Shown in pieces: positions 46,538 to 58,500 of a stretch of 64,000 nucleotides of DNA. The stretch's first letter is position 1; each line of letters begins with the position of its first letter. Source of the stretch: a virus; IMG/VR virus record IMGVR_UViG_3300048011_000525, positions 32,001-96,000 of that record. One strand, written 5' to 3'. The position numbers and the translations under genes were made by a program. The notes below the pieces were generated by a model. That model worked only from the letters and a program-made list of their open reading frames with translations. It was not told the DNA's origin and did not search any database.

Positions 46538-49500
46538 TTATCTGCTTAAGAAGTAGCCTAGTGCTACTGGTGCACCATCAACACCACCTGTGAAGTTCAT
46601 CTTCGCTTTAATATTTAGCTGTCCTCCGCTGGTTGTTGTAATTTCATCGCCTGCAATGAATACTGTACCAGCAGTAAGTGTGTTAACATTCAAGCTAGAC
46701 TGACCGCCACCAATCTGTGCTGTAATATAGCTTCTAATTGCACGTTGTGTTGGTACAATGTTATCACTATTTTCAGTAAAGAATGGATCTGTACTGAACT
46801 GTGTAATAATCGCTGAGCCAATACCTAGTCCAAGACCGTTAATTTGTAGTGACTGTAGTCCTGCTAAGTTAAATGCATCAGCATCTAGTGTCGCTGTACC
46901 AGTCGACTGTTGAACACCAAACAATCCGCCAACATTAAAGTTACCATCTTGGTCAGTACTTGTGTAGAACACTCGTCCTCCACCACTACTTAATTGTTGT
47001 GCTTCAATGTATGCTGACGTAATATCAACAAACGGATAGTTAGTTTTTGCTTTATTACCAGTACCAATATACAAGAAGTCATGTCCTGTTAGACGTACTT
47101 GCGAGTACTTGTTAGTAGTTGTAATTACTGTACCGTCTTTTGGTGCATTTAGTACATCTAGTCCTGGACTAATTTGGAATGTTGCTGTGTAGCTACCTTC
47201 TTGTCCAATAACATTACTAATTGTAACTAGTTTGTAATATTTTTCAGGAATATTTGCAAACTCAACATTTGATCCAGGTTCTGGCAGTTCAAACAAGTTA
47301 CGCACAGCAATAAATGTACTTGGTTGATACAAGTCTGCACTACCGTCGCCGCCTAGTTCTGATGTTGCACTAGTATATCCTGAACCTCTGTTAGTAAACG
47401 TTGGTTGTCCTAGAACACCGTTTCTAATTCTTGGATTAATGTTAGCATCAACTGTTGAACTTGGGTCAGTAATAGTAACTAGCGGTCCTGCTTGGAATGT
47501 TGAACCTACCATGTCTTGCGTTACAATAGATTCAATATTGTAGCTTGGGCCGCCGCTTAATAAACTTACTTCAATAGTACTACCAGTTACGTCTGATACA
47601 TAATATAGTATTTCACTGTTAAGTGCTGCTGTTTCTAAGTCTGCGCCCTCAAATGTGATCGGTTGTCCTACATACATATTATCTGTTGAATCTAATTCAA
47701 TAGTGTGTGGTGATGTAAATGATACAATGTCACCAACTGGATATCCTGAACCCGGTTCTAACAATGTAGTAGCAATAAGTGTACCATCATCTGCATAACA
47801 TCTACCATGTGCTCTTGCACCAGTTTTAATTTTGTTAGCAGTTGTATTAGCATCACTTGTTAATGCAACCCAGGTCGGAACGTTATTTGGGTTACCAAAT
47901 ATTGGTGTTGACCAGCTTGCTGTTCCACTTAGGTCACCTTCGTTCCAAATTAAACCATCTGAACTAATTGCACAGCTAGAAGCACCGTCGCACACTGCTA
48001 CGAACAAGCCTTGTCCGTATGCTACTCTTGTCCAACCAGTTGCACTAATGTTGTTTAGTGTTGTACCTTCGCTGTACCAATTTGCGCCAAAGTCATAGCT
48101 GATTGCATATTCGCCGGCATCTGAAATTGCAACAAAGCGTCCGTTACCCCATGCAAGACTTGTCCAGTCTCCGATTGCACTTGGCATATTGCCGCCGGCT
48201 TCCCATAGAATACCGTTTGAACTAACTGCTGTGTAACCGTCTGTATTAATTGCAACAAACTTTCCTGCTCCGTAGCGCACCGCACTAAACGTTCCGCTTG
48301 CAGGTGTTGTCATTGTACGCGGTGTCCAATTAGACCCGTTTGTTGACGTTTGTGCTGCGTCTACGCCGCCGACACTACCTACTGTAACAAACGTTCCTGC
48401 ACCGTATGCAATTCCTACATAGTGTGATTGACTAAACACATCGCCTGCTGTCCAGTTAGTATTTGCTTCGTCAATTGTCGGTAAGTATGCATTTGTAGTT
48501 GATCCGTTTGCAACAGCTACCCATTTAGCTTCGGTGTCAACAATCTCAACAGTTGGTGTAGTTGTATATCCTTCACCAAACAACGGATTGTCATCAACAT
48601 CAACATCTAGTCTAATAGCTATTACACCTTCGTTTTCTAAATTTGCAATTACTTGTGCTTGTGTGCTTGCGCCGCCTCCTGAAATAGTTACAGTTGGCGT
48701 GTTTAGGTATCCACTACCGCGTGTTTCAACAATTACTTCTGTAAGTTTATCTGTTGCTGCTGCAACAGTTGGTGCTTGTGCATAACCAGCACCTGTACTT
48801 GTAATAATAATATTTTGAATAGCACCGTCTTTAACAGTTGCTACAGCAGTTGCACCGCCGCCACCTAGTGTTGATGTAAACACAATAGTTGGAGGCGTAG
48901 TATAACCAGTACCACCTGCAACTACATTTACTCTAGCAATCTGTGTAGGTCCTGGTAAACCAATACTGTTTAGTTCGCCTAGTTCTGCTTCTAGTACTGC
49001 GCCAGTACCTCCAAGTCCGCCAACTACTGCTCTTGCAGTTGCACCCTGGCCTCCGCCGTATGCAACATCGCTCCAGTTAGCACTTGCAGGTAATGCTCCA
49101 CCTGTTGTCCAATTTTCGCCATCTAGTGAGTAATTTGTAGATGCTCCTGCTCCTCCTTCGAGTGCAATGAATCTACCATCAGCAAATATACCTGGACCAA
49201 AGTCTATTGCATCAGCTGTGCTTACACTGCTTGAGGTAAATCCTGGCTTAGCATAAACAATTGCAGGTTCAACAGTATAACCAGTTGTTAAGTCTAGTGA
49301 AGCTTCGCTAGGTTTTCCTGGAATAATGTTATCAAAACCTGCTGCATATATTGTTGCACTAGTAGTGTCATTGGTTAATACTTCAGTTACACCGCCTACT
49401 TCTGTGCTTACAGTAAATTGACCTCCGCTTACAATATTATTTACATAGTAAACATCGCTTGGACTATCACCTCTGCTTAGACCACCTACGTCTTCACTAA

Positions 49501-52500
49501 AATATATTGGCATATCAACATAAAGTGTAGTAGTATCATCAACAGTAATTACGTTATTGATTGAACTAGTTGCTGTTACAAATAAGTTGTCAAAACTTGG
49601 TTTGTAAACAGTACAGTTCTTAGTACCGTTGTTAAAGTTCAATACTTTACCGTATTGCCCAACACCTGTACCTGCTGTAATTTGTACTCTCATGCCGTTG
49701 TATGCATCACCTAGTGCAAAGTCTGTTGCAGCTAATGTAATGTGTACTGGATCGCCGCCCTGAGCAACGTTCTGTGCAATAACAAAATCTTCGCCGCCAA
49801 CAGTTGTGCCGTCATCAACGTCAATAATACGTGCTTCAACAACTGCTTGATCACGGAATTCATCTCCAACTGTAGCTGCATTAAATCCTGATCCACTAAT
49901 TGCATATTGTACATTAGTGTAACCTGTACCAGCATTGCTGTATTCCATTGCAAGCACTTCTTCTTCACCGTCAGTTGATACACTATAAACTAGTGCGTTC
50001 TGTGATAAGTTATCTGCATCTGCAACAATTGGTTCTTCACCTAAGTCTGTACCTTCAGCAATAACACCAAATGTACCATATGAGCTGTTACCGTTTGTAG
50101 CACGAATACGTCCGCCAAAGTCTGCAATATATCCTGCATAGTTGTAGTAAGCAAACACAGATACAAGTTCTGTTAGTGAGTTATTACCGCTACACCAAAC
50201 ACCAATGCCATCACTTAAGATTTGTGTAAAGTCGTTACTAACAACAGATCTGTTTCCGCCGGCATGTAAAGAACCATCAATCTTATTACCAATACATCCT
50301 GTACCAAATGTTGATACGTTTTGTACATAACATGATTTATTAGTTACCCATGCTTCTGTATCCCATGGTCCAAATCCTGGATCAAGCGATACATATGCGC
50401 CGCCAGTTGGTCGTCTTGTACCAAACTCGTTCTTTTCGCTTAGGTTACCGCGTAGTCCGTTAAATGTCATATTACGTGCGCCAGTTGCGTTACGTACATA
50501 GAACATATCTGAGTATTCAGAACCTTCTACAGCATTAACATATAGTCTTGCTGCTCGTAGTGAGTGATAATTACCTGGATATTGTAAATCATATATCATA
50601 GCATCAATGTATGATGACATGTCACGCTTACATGCAGTTTCGTCAAAGTCGTAACTTGCAGTCATTGTTCCTGTGCCGCCTGTAAACGTATTAATACTTT
50701 CTCCGTCTACTTCGTCTGTAACTTCAATTTCAGTTGCAGAAACTACATTTGAAACATAGTAAGTAGTAGCAAGTTCAATGCCTCCAAACACTGTTCCAGT
50801 AAACACAATAGGATCGTTAAGTTGTAGATTGTGCGCACTTGTAAATGTAAGTGTTCCTGGAGATCCTCCTAGATCTGTAACAGTTCCTCCGTAGCTTGCT
50901 TTAATCCAAGCTGTTGCTTCTTCGCCCAAAAAGTCTTTGTTAACTTTTAGAGCATCAACTGCATTAATTGTTTCTCTATCATTAAAGTATGTTGTAGTAC
51001 CTTGGAATTCTGGAGTTACTTTATCACCGTTTTTAACTACATTAATAACAATATCCATCAAGTTATTAATACGTACTTTTGCTTTGGTGTTATCGTTACG
51101 TCCACCGTAAGCATTTGTAGTTCCTTCGCCTGTAACATATGTAGTAATATAGTTTTTAAGTTCTCTATATGCTTGTACAGTTACTAAACGCTGTTCTTTA
51201 ATCACTACATCAGCCTGTGTGCCTCTGTAATATGACAGTGCTGCTATAGTTGTTAGATAGTTAGTATCAAGTAACATATCTTTACCTACAGCATCAATAA
51301 TGAGTCCTACATCTCTTTCGCACTTAGCTTGATCGTAAACTAGTGTTGGGAATTTTTCACGTATATAATCTGTAACATCTTCAACTATTGCTGATTTAGA
51401 ACCCTGAATGTTTGTAAACTGTTGTTTTAAATTAGCAGTTACATTACTATAGTCAGGCCCTGGAATAAACTGCCATTCCTCTGTAAAGCTCCCTAATTCG
51501 GATTCAGGAAGTGTAAGTTCTGGTCCATTGAAGTACGCTGATACAGTAAATGTATTAACTGCTGGGACACTCTTAATGTAATATGTTCCTGCACTAACAT
51601 CGCTAAATCCGTTTTCAAAATATAGTTCACTACCAACAGTTAGACCGTGGTTAACTGCTGTTGTTACTACATTTGATGAAATTTCTATAACTTCAATACG
51701 TTTTCTAAATGCACCATCACCTAATGAATTATAAAACAGTGTCATTAGATCTTCAACTCTAGTAACAGTTCCTGAATCGCCAATTAGTTGCGATTCATCT
51801 CTAAGGGTAGGTTCAACTTTTGTCTGTAATGCACCCGGACTAGACACACTATTTACTGCTAGACCCATTGCAATAAACTTGATATAGTCAAATGCTGCTA
51901 ATGTTGCTTCTAATTCGTTATCGCCAAGTTGAATATTGTTAGTTGCATCGTAGTAGTAATCTACTGCTCTGCGCATACCTGATTCGCCACCGAACGTTAA
52001 GTCATAACGCAATGCATCTATAACATATTTGATATCTCTACGACATTTAGCTTCATTATAATCTAGATCTGGATAAGTTTGTGCAATATATTCAACAGTT
52101 TCTTCTTGAATGTACGCTGTGTTTTCCCAGATAGTAGAAGCACCCACAATGTCGGGTGTATCTTCTAAGTTAGTGTCAACCCACTTTGGAGTAGGTAATG
52201 ATCCGCCGTCAATGTAGCTAGTAATATCAGTTATTAGTTGTTTAATAGCTTCATTTGGTGCAGTTAATGCAACACGTCTTACTTTCTCAGCTAAGAAGTT
52301 CATTGCGCCTACTGTTGCTGATTGTTCAAAACGTAAAGTTTTAAGTGCTGACGGAACAGCTCTGTAATATGCCATGCCTGCTTTAATTGTTGCAAAGTTA
52401 GAACCTGTAATAATATCACGTGCAAGTGCGTCAACAATTAATCCCGCATCTCTGCGACAAGTTGCTTGATTGTATTCTAAATCTTGATGATATTTTTCTA

Positions 52501-55500
52501 CCCAAAACACAACATCGTCTACAATTTCGTCTTTACGATCTTTAATTCTTTCATATGCTGTAGTAAGTTCTGTTAACTGCCATTCTGTTGCAACTTCTGT
52601 CTGTGTTTCAAAAGTTGAGTTGTTTAGCCAATATGTAATATCATCTACACGTTCTTGTGCAAATTCAATTGATGCTGCATTACCTACTGTACCGCTAGTA
52701 TCTTGTGTTTCGGTAACACCTGGGCTAGTTGTAACACTAGTTTCAGCAACAATTTCGCCAATGATTTCACGCAGTCTTGCATAAGATGCAAGTGTTGCTT
52801 GTAATTCGTTGTTTTGAATTGTTAGTACAAAGTTTGAGAAGTAAGCTGCTCCTGCAACGTTGGTTTGCGTATTACCACCGTAAGTTAAATCGTAACGGAT
52901 AGCATCAACAATAAACTGTGCGTCACGGATGCAACGTTCTTGTGCATTTGGCGATAATCCTCCCCAAATATCGTCGTATCCGTTTGCTGGATCAACTAAC
53001 CACTGTTGTAGTTCGTCTGCAATAAAGTCTCTATTAGCTAACAATTGATCTGCTGCATTGCCGTAAGTACTACTATCACCAGTAGTATTAGTAGTTGTAG
53101 CATACGCTGTATCAATTAATGCATCAGTATTGTATCCTGTTGGCGTTGGTAGTTTAATTGGAGGTACACTGTTTAGACCGTTTTGTATAACAGTTGTCAT
53201 ATCCTTAACAAGTTTAAATGCTTCATTTGCAGCATTTGCTTGTCCAATTGTTGTATCAACACCGATTGTTAATTCAGTTAGCGATTCGTTAATATAATCA
53301 ATAGTGTCAACTGTTGCGCCTAACTGGTTTGCTAGTACTAATTCAGTTGAAGTAATGCCTCTTTGATATGACTTGCCTGCTGTAATACTACGGAAGTTGC
53401 TATCAAAAATTACATCGTATGCAATAGCATCAATCATGTATCCTACATCACGAGCACACTTAGTTTCGTCGTAATCTAATGCTGGATGCACTTTGTTAAT
53501 ATAATCAATTGCTCCAGCTTGGATCAGTGATCTACGTGCATCTACTACAGCTTTAAACTCTTGTAAGCCAGTATCTACCCAAGCAATACTTGGATTAATT
53601 ATAGCTGGCAACACTCCAGTATCGACTGTATCTTTAATTTCTGTAAGACGATCAACTGCAAATGCTGCTGCACCTGCTGAGCCAACAGTTCCAGCTGTAT
53701 CTTGCGATGTAATATTGCCTGCACTTGGTGTAATACTTACACCAGTTGCAATATCGTCAATTATTGTTGCAAGGTGTGTTGCTAAATCAACTCTTGCAGT
53801 TTTTTGATTTGATGGATGAACTAGCACACCGTCTACATAGTTAGCTCTTGCAATAACAACAGACTCTATGTTTCCTCGATATGTTAGATCATAACGTAAT
53901 GCATCAACTAATTCATCTATTCCGTCAAGCCACGTGTTTTGTTCATCTAAAGTCAGTGCTGTCCATACTGCGTTGTGATTAGTATTTAGGTATGCTGCTG
54001 CTTCGTCTAATATAAACTGTTTGTTAGCAACAACAAGTCTTCTTGCGTTAAAGAACCCTGTATCATATCCAGTAGGATCAGTAATTGTATAAGATCCAGG
54101 AACATTATTGTTAACTACAATATCTTTAATTGTTGTACTATTAGAAACAAGTTTATCAGTGCCACTAGTAATATCTCTAATCTCTCTTCTCAAGTGATCA
54201 ACAGCACCTAGTGTTGCTTCTAGTTGTTCGTCAATAACAACTTCGGCGGAACTTATAGCTCTACGATATGCCATTCCTGATTTTGTACCATTAAATTTAG
54301 AATCAAACAGCATGTCGTAAACTAGTCCGTCAATAATGTATCCAGTATCTCTAGAACATTTAGTATGATTGTATACAAATCCAGTATAGTTATTTGTAAT
54401 GTATTGTAATAAATCTGGAACAACTGTTGTGTCGTCTAAAGTTGCCTCAGCATCGGTTTGAATTGCAGCAGTTACCCATGTAATAACCGGATATACTGTT
54501 GTTGGTAATGCAATTGTGTCGCCTGCATTAACAACATCTGAAATAATCTGTACTAATGTTGCAACTTCTGCTTCTTCAGTTGCTCCAGACATATAAGTTG
54601 CTGCAATTACTGCGATTTGCTCAATAGCAGCAGCAGTTCTTTCACGCTGTGCTCCTGGTAGTACTTCAATATAGCCATTAAAGTATGCTTTAGCTGCTTC
54701 AACGCTTGCGCTGTTACCACCGTACTGTACGTCATAAGATACAGCATCAATAATGTAACCAGTGTCTCTTTCACACAATGTTTGATCATATGTAAAGTTA
54801 GGGTAATTAGTATTAATCCAAGTAATTACATCTGTAATAATTGTTGCTCGATTAGTTTGAAGTTCTGTACGAGCAGTAGTTTTATCTACATCGCCTGATC
54901 CGCCGCTCCAAGTAATTGCATTAGGTGTATTGTTCTCAACAATGTCAAGTACTTCGTCCCAATAAGTATTGCTTCTAGTAATAGCAGTAGGATCGCTCAT
55001 CAATGCAGCAACTAATGATTTCTGTTCAGTAATTGCACCAAGTGTTTCCGTAATCTGTTCTTCAAGAACTTTTTCGCCTGCATAACTTCTTCTATAAGCC
55101 AATCCGTTACGAATAGAGTTATAGTTTGTTTCTAATGCAACGTCATACGCTGCGCCAGTTTGTAAAATTCCTGCATCTCTACGACAGCTAGAACTGTTAT
55201 AAACGAATTTACCATAGTTTGTATTAATAAAATCAATTACAGAATTTTGTAAAGTTGTTTTTTCAGTAGTAATGTCGTCAGTAATTGAAACTAATGAAGT
55301 TGATACCCAACTAGTATCTGGAGTAATTGGTGTAGGTAACGTACCATCAGTATCAATTGTATCAAAAATTTCTTGAATACGATCGTCAGCAAAAGTTTCT
55401 GCTGCTGCACTACCAGGTGATCCAGCAGTATCTTGTGCTTCACCATTGCCGGAAGTTGGTGTAATTGCTGTTTCAGTAATTACATCGCCTATAATTGATT

Positions 55501-58500
55501 TTAGATGTGTATATGTTGCAAGTGTTTCTTCTTTCTTGCCTGTACCGTATACTGGATTACCGTCTACAAAATAACTTCTAGCTGCAACAGTAGTTTGGAA
55601 GTTGCCGCCGTAAGTTAAATCATAACGTAGCGCATTTAAGATGTAACGTGTATCTCTTTCACAGTTTGCAGTATCAAATGTAAAGTCTGCTGCAAACGGT
55701 GCAATTACACCATCAACTTGTGCTTGAATCCATGCAGTTTGTTCTGCAACAATAAAGTCAATGTTTGCTTCAATTTGTGCAATAGCATTTGCAAAGCCGC
55801 TGTCGCTTGCATTATTTGATCCACTTGTTGGTGTTACACCAACATCTGGAACTAACGCAACATCTTCAATGCCATTTTCTAAGATATCAAGAGTTTTAAC
55901 AATTGACATATCTAAACGCTGTGTTGATTCAGTTGCTCCGCCATATCCATTTAAATATCTTTGTGAAGCTGTATTACCGCTAGTAGCATCAATAGTAATG
56001 TTTTGAATTACTTGCTCTGATACGTCTTTAATTCTGTTCAGTGCGCTTGTAGTTTTATCTTTGTCGTTAGCAAGTAGTGGAATTGCAGGTTGCGGTTGAA
56101 TAACTGATGTACGCAATTCGTCACCAACAATAGCAGTATATTCTGGAATAATAATTGGAAGTATTTCGTTATATGTACCAGTTTTAATGAATATTGTTGT
56201 GTTTGGTAATTGCGGAAGTGCAATAGCCGTATTTGATTCTGCTTCTAATCCAACAGTTACAATATCAATTAATGTACCTGCTTTTGCCTTACCGCTATCT
56301 TCTGCAACCAAGGTTAAATCAATAAATTGTGCTGCACGTTCTTCAATTGCAATTCCCATTAGCGACTGATAGCTAACTGGTTTTTCGTTGTTTAATACTT
56401 TTGCTACTAACGATTTTAACTGCTCGTATGCTTCGATAGTTTGTGTACGCTGATATCCAAACACATCGGTGATGTATTCATTCCCAGCTTCTGTATAGTA
56501 TGACTTAGCAGCTTCAGTAGTTCTTAGTGTGCCGCCGCGGCCAATATCGTAGTACAATGCATCAATAATGTAGCCGGTGTCTCTTTCGCATTTTGCTGAA
56601 TTATAAGAAAGTTTACCAGTCATAACGCCAGTTGCATCAGTTGGGATAAAGGAAATTCCGCCTTGTGTTTCTGAAATTCTAAATGTAGTTGAGCTTATAA
56701 TACTATCAACATAATAAGTTTGTCCTTCTACTACACCTCCAAATATGTCTACGCCGTCAAATTCAATTGGCATTCCGTCTTTTAAATTACTAGTGTCGTA
56801 AGTAGTAAACAAGCGCGATGCAGCCACTGTTTCGGTTACTATAACAGAATAAGTATAGTCTAACCAAGAAGTAATTTCTTTCTTAAAGAACTGTTTGTTG
56901 TTTTGTAAAATTTGTTTTGTTTGAGGATTTAAGTAGCCGTCACGTACTTGCTCTAGTGCATAACGTACACTTCTCCAAGGTTTGTCAATAGATAGACCTG
57001 AACGTGGAGCTGGCTCGTTTTCGCCTAGTGGTCCTACATAAACAACGTTATCAACTAGACCATAGTTTGCCCAGTCTGGCTTACCATCTGTAGCACGTAA
57101 AATCTGACCGTCAACGCCGATTGGAAGTCTAGTTGGTCCTTGATTTCCGTAATACACCATGTCGCCTTCAGTAGTAAGAGCAAGTGCTTCACTACCAAGT
57201 GTTAATAGGTTCCAGTAATCTGCTTCTAAATCGTTATCTGGACGATTTGCATTTTCTGATGTATGGGTTGCTGTAGCAATAAACGAACTTGCACCGTAAA
57301 TAACAACATCGCCAACAACATAATCTGTAGCTGGTGTCCAAGTAGATGAATAACCTACATGTGAAACTGTATCAACTGCTCCTCCTGTTACACCTGTTAC
57401 TGTTACAACAATGTCGTTAGCAGGAGTAGTACCGCCTACACTGTTACCGGCAACTAAAATAGTATCATCTTCTGCATATCCAGTACCAGCAAATCCAGTT
57501 GAAACATTTACTGTGTATACTGTTTTAGATTTAGTAACGTCAAATCGTACTCCAGAACCAGATCCTTCTACATTAGTACCTTGTACTTGTAGGAAGGTTT
57601 GTGTACTGTTAGTCCAGTTAATTCCTGAGTTTAGTTTACTCCAGTAAATATCATTTGGTGGAGTAACGTCTGTACTATCAGCAACAGACACATAAGTTGT
57701 TCCGCCTAAGCGAACAACATCACCTACTTTATATGAGTCTAATGAGCTCCAGTCTCCTTGAAAGCTAAAGCCAGTTGTAAATACTTCCCAGTCATTTGGG
57801 CTGGCAGTTGGTTGTGCAGCAGTGTTATTAGTTTTAGCAACATAAACATAACCACCGTATGTTACAGTGTCGCCAATTTGATAAACTGTTGAACTATTCC
57901 AGCTGTCTTCAAACTGGAAGCCTTCAATAAATACGTCCCAGTTTGTTTCGTCAGTTAAGAAATCATCTGAAGTGTGCGGAGCAACACAAATGAATACGTT
58001 GCCGCCAAATTTAACAACATCGTTAACTTTGTAACGTGTAGCAGTTTGCCATTCACCTAAGTAAACAAGTCCGTCACTAAATAGTTCCCAGTTACCTTGG
58101 TTTGCTTCTAGGCCAAGTGTTGCTGTAGCAGCAGAAATGTGTGCAGTGGTACATAGATATACAAAGCCGCCGTAGCGTACTAGGTCGTTAATTTTAAAAC
58201 GTGTATCAGTTGTCCAATCACCTTTCCAATCAAACGATGTAGCAAACGGAGTCCAATTATCAAGATTTTCTTCTAAACCTAAAAAGTCAGGTGCTTCAAA
58301 TGTAGCCGACGTGTGTCCTGTTTCAGCAATATACACTAATGAACCGTATTTAACAACGTCACCTGGTGCGTATTCTACTTCGGGCTCCCAAAGTCCTCTC
58401 CATTTAGTACCATCTGAAACTACTTCCCATTTTGGAATTTCATTACTAAAATCAGTATTAAATGCTTCTGATGATGTATGGTTTTTAATACAAATATATG

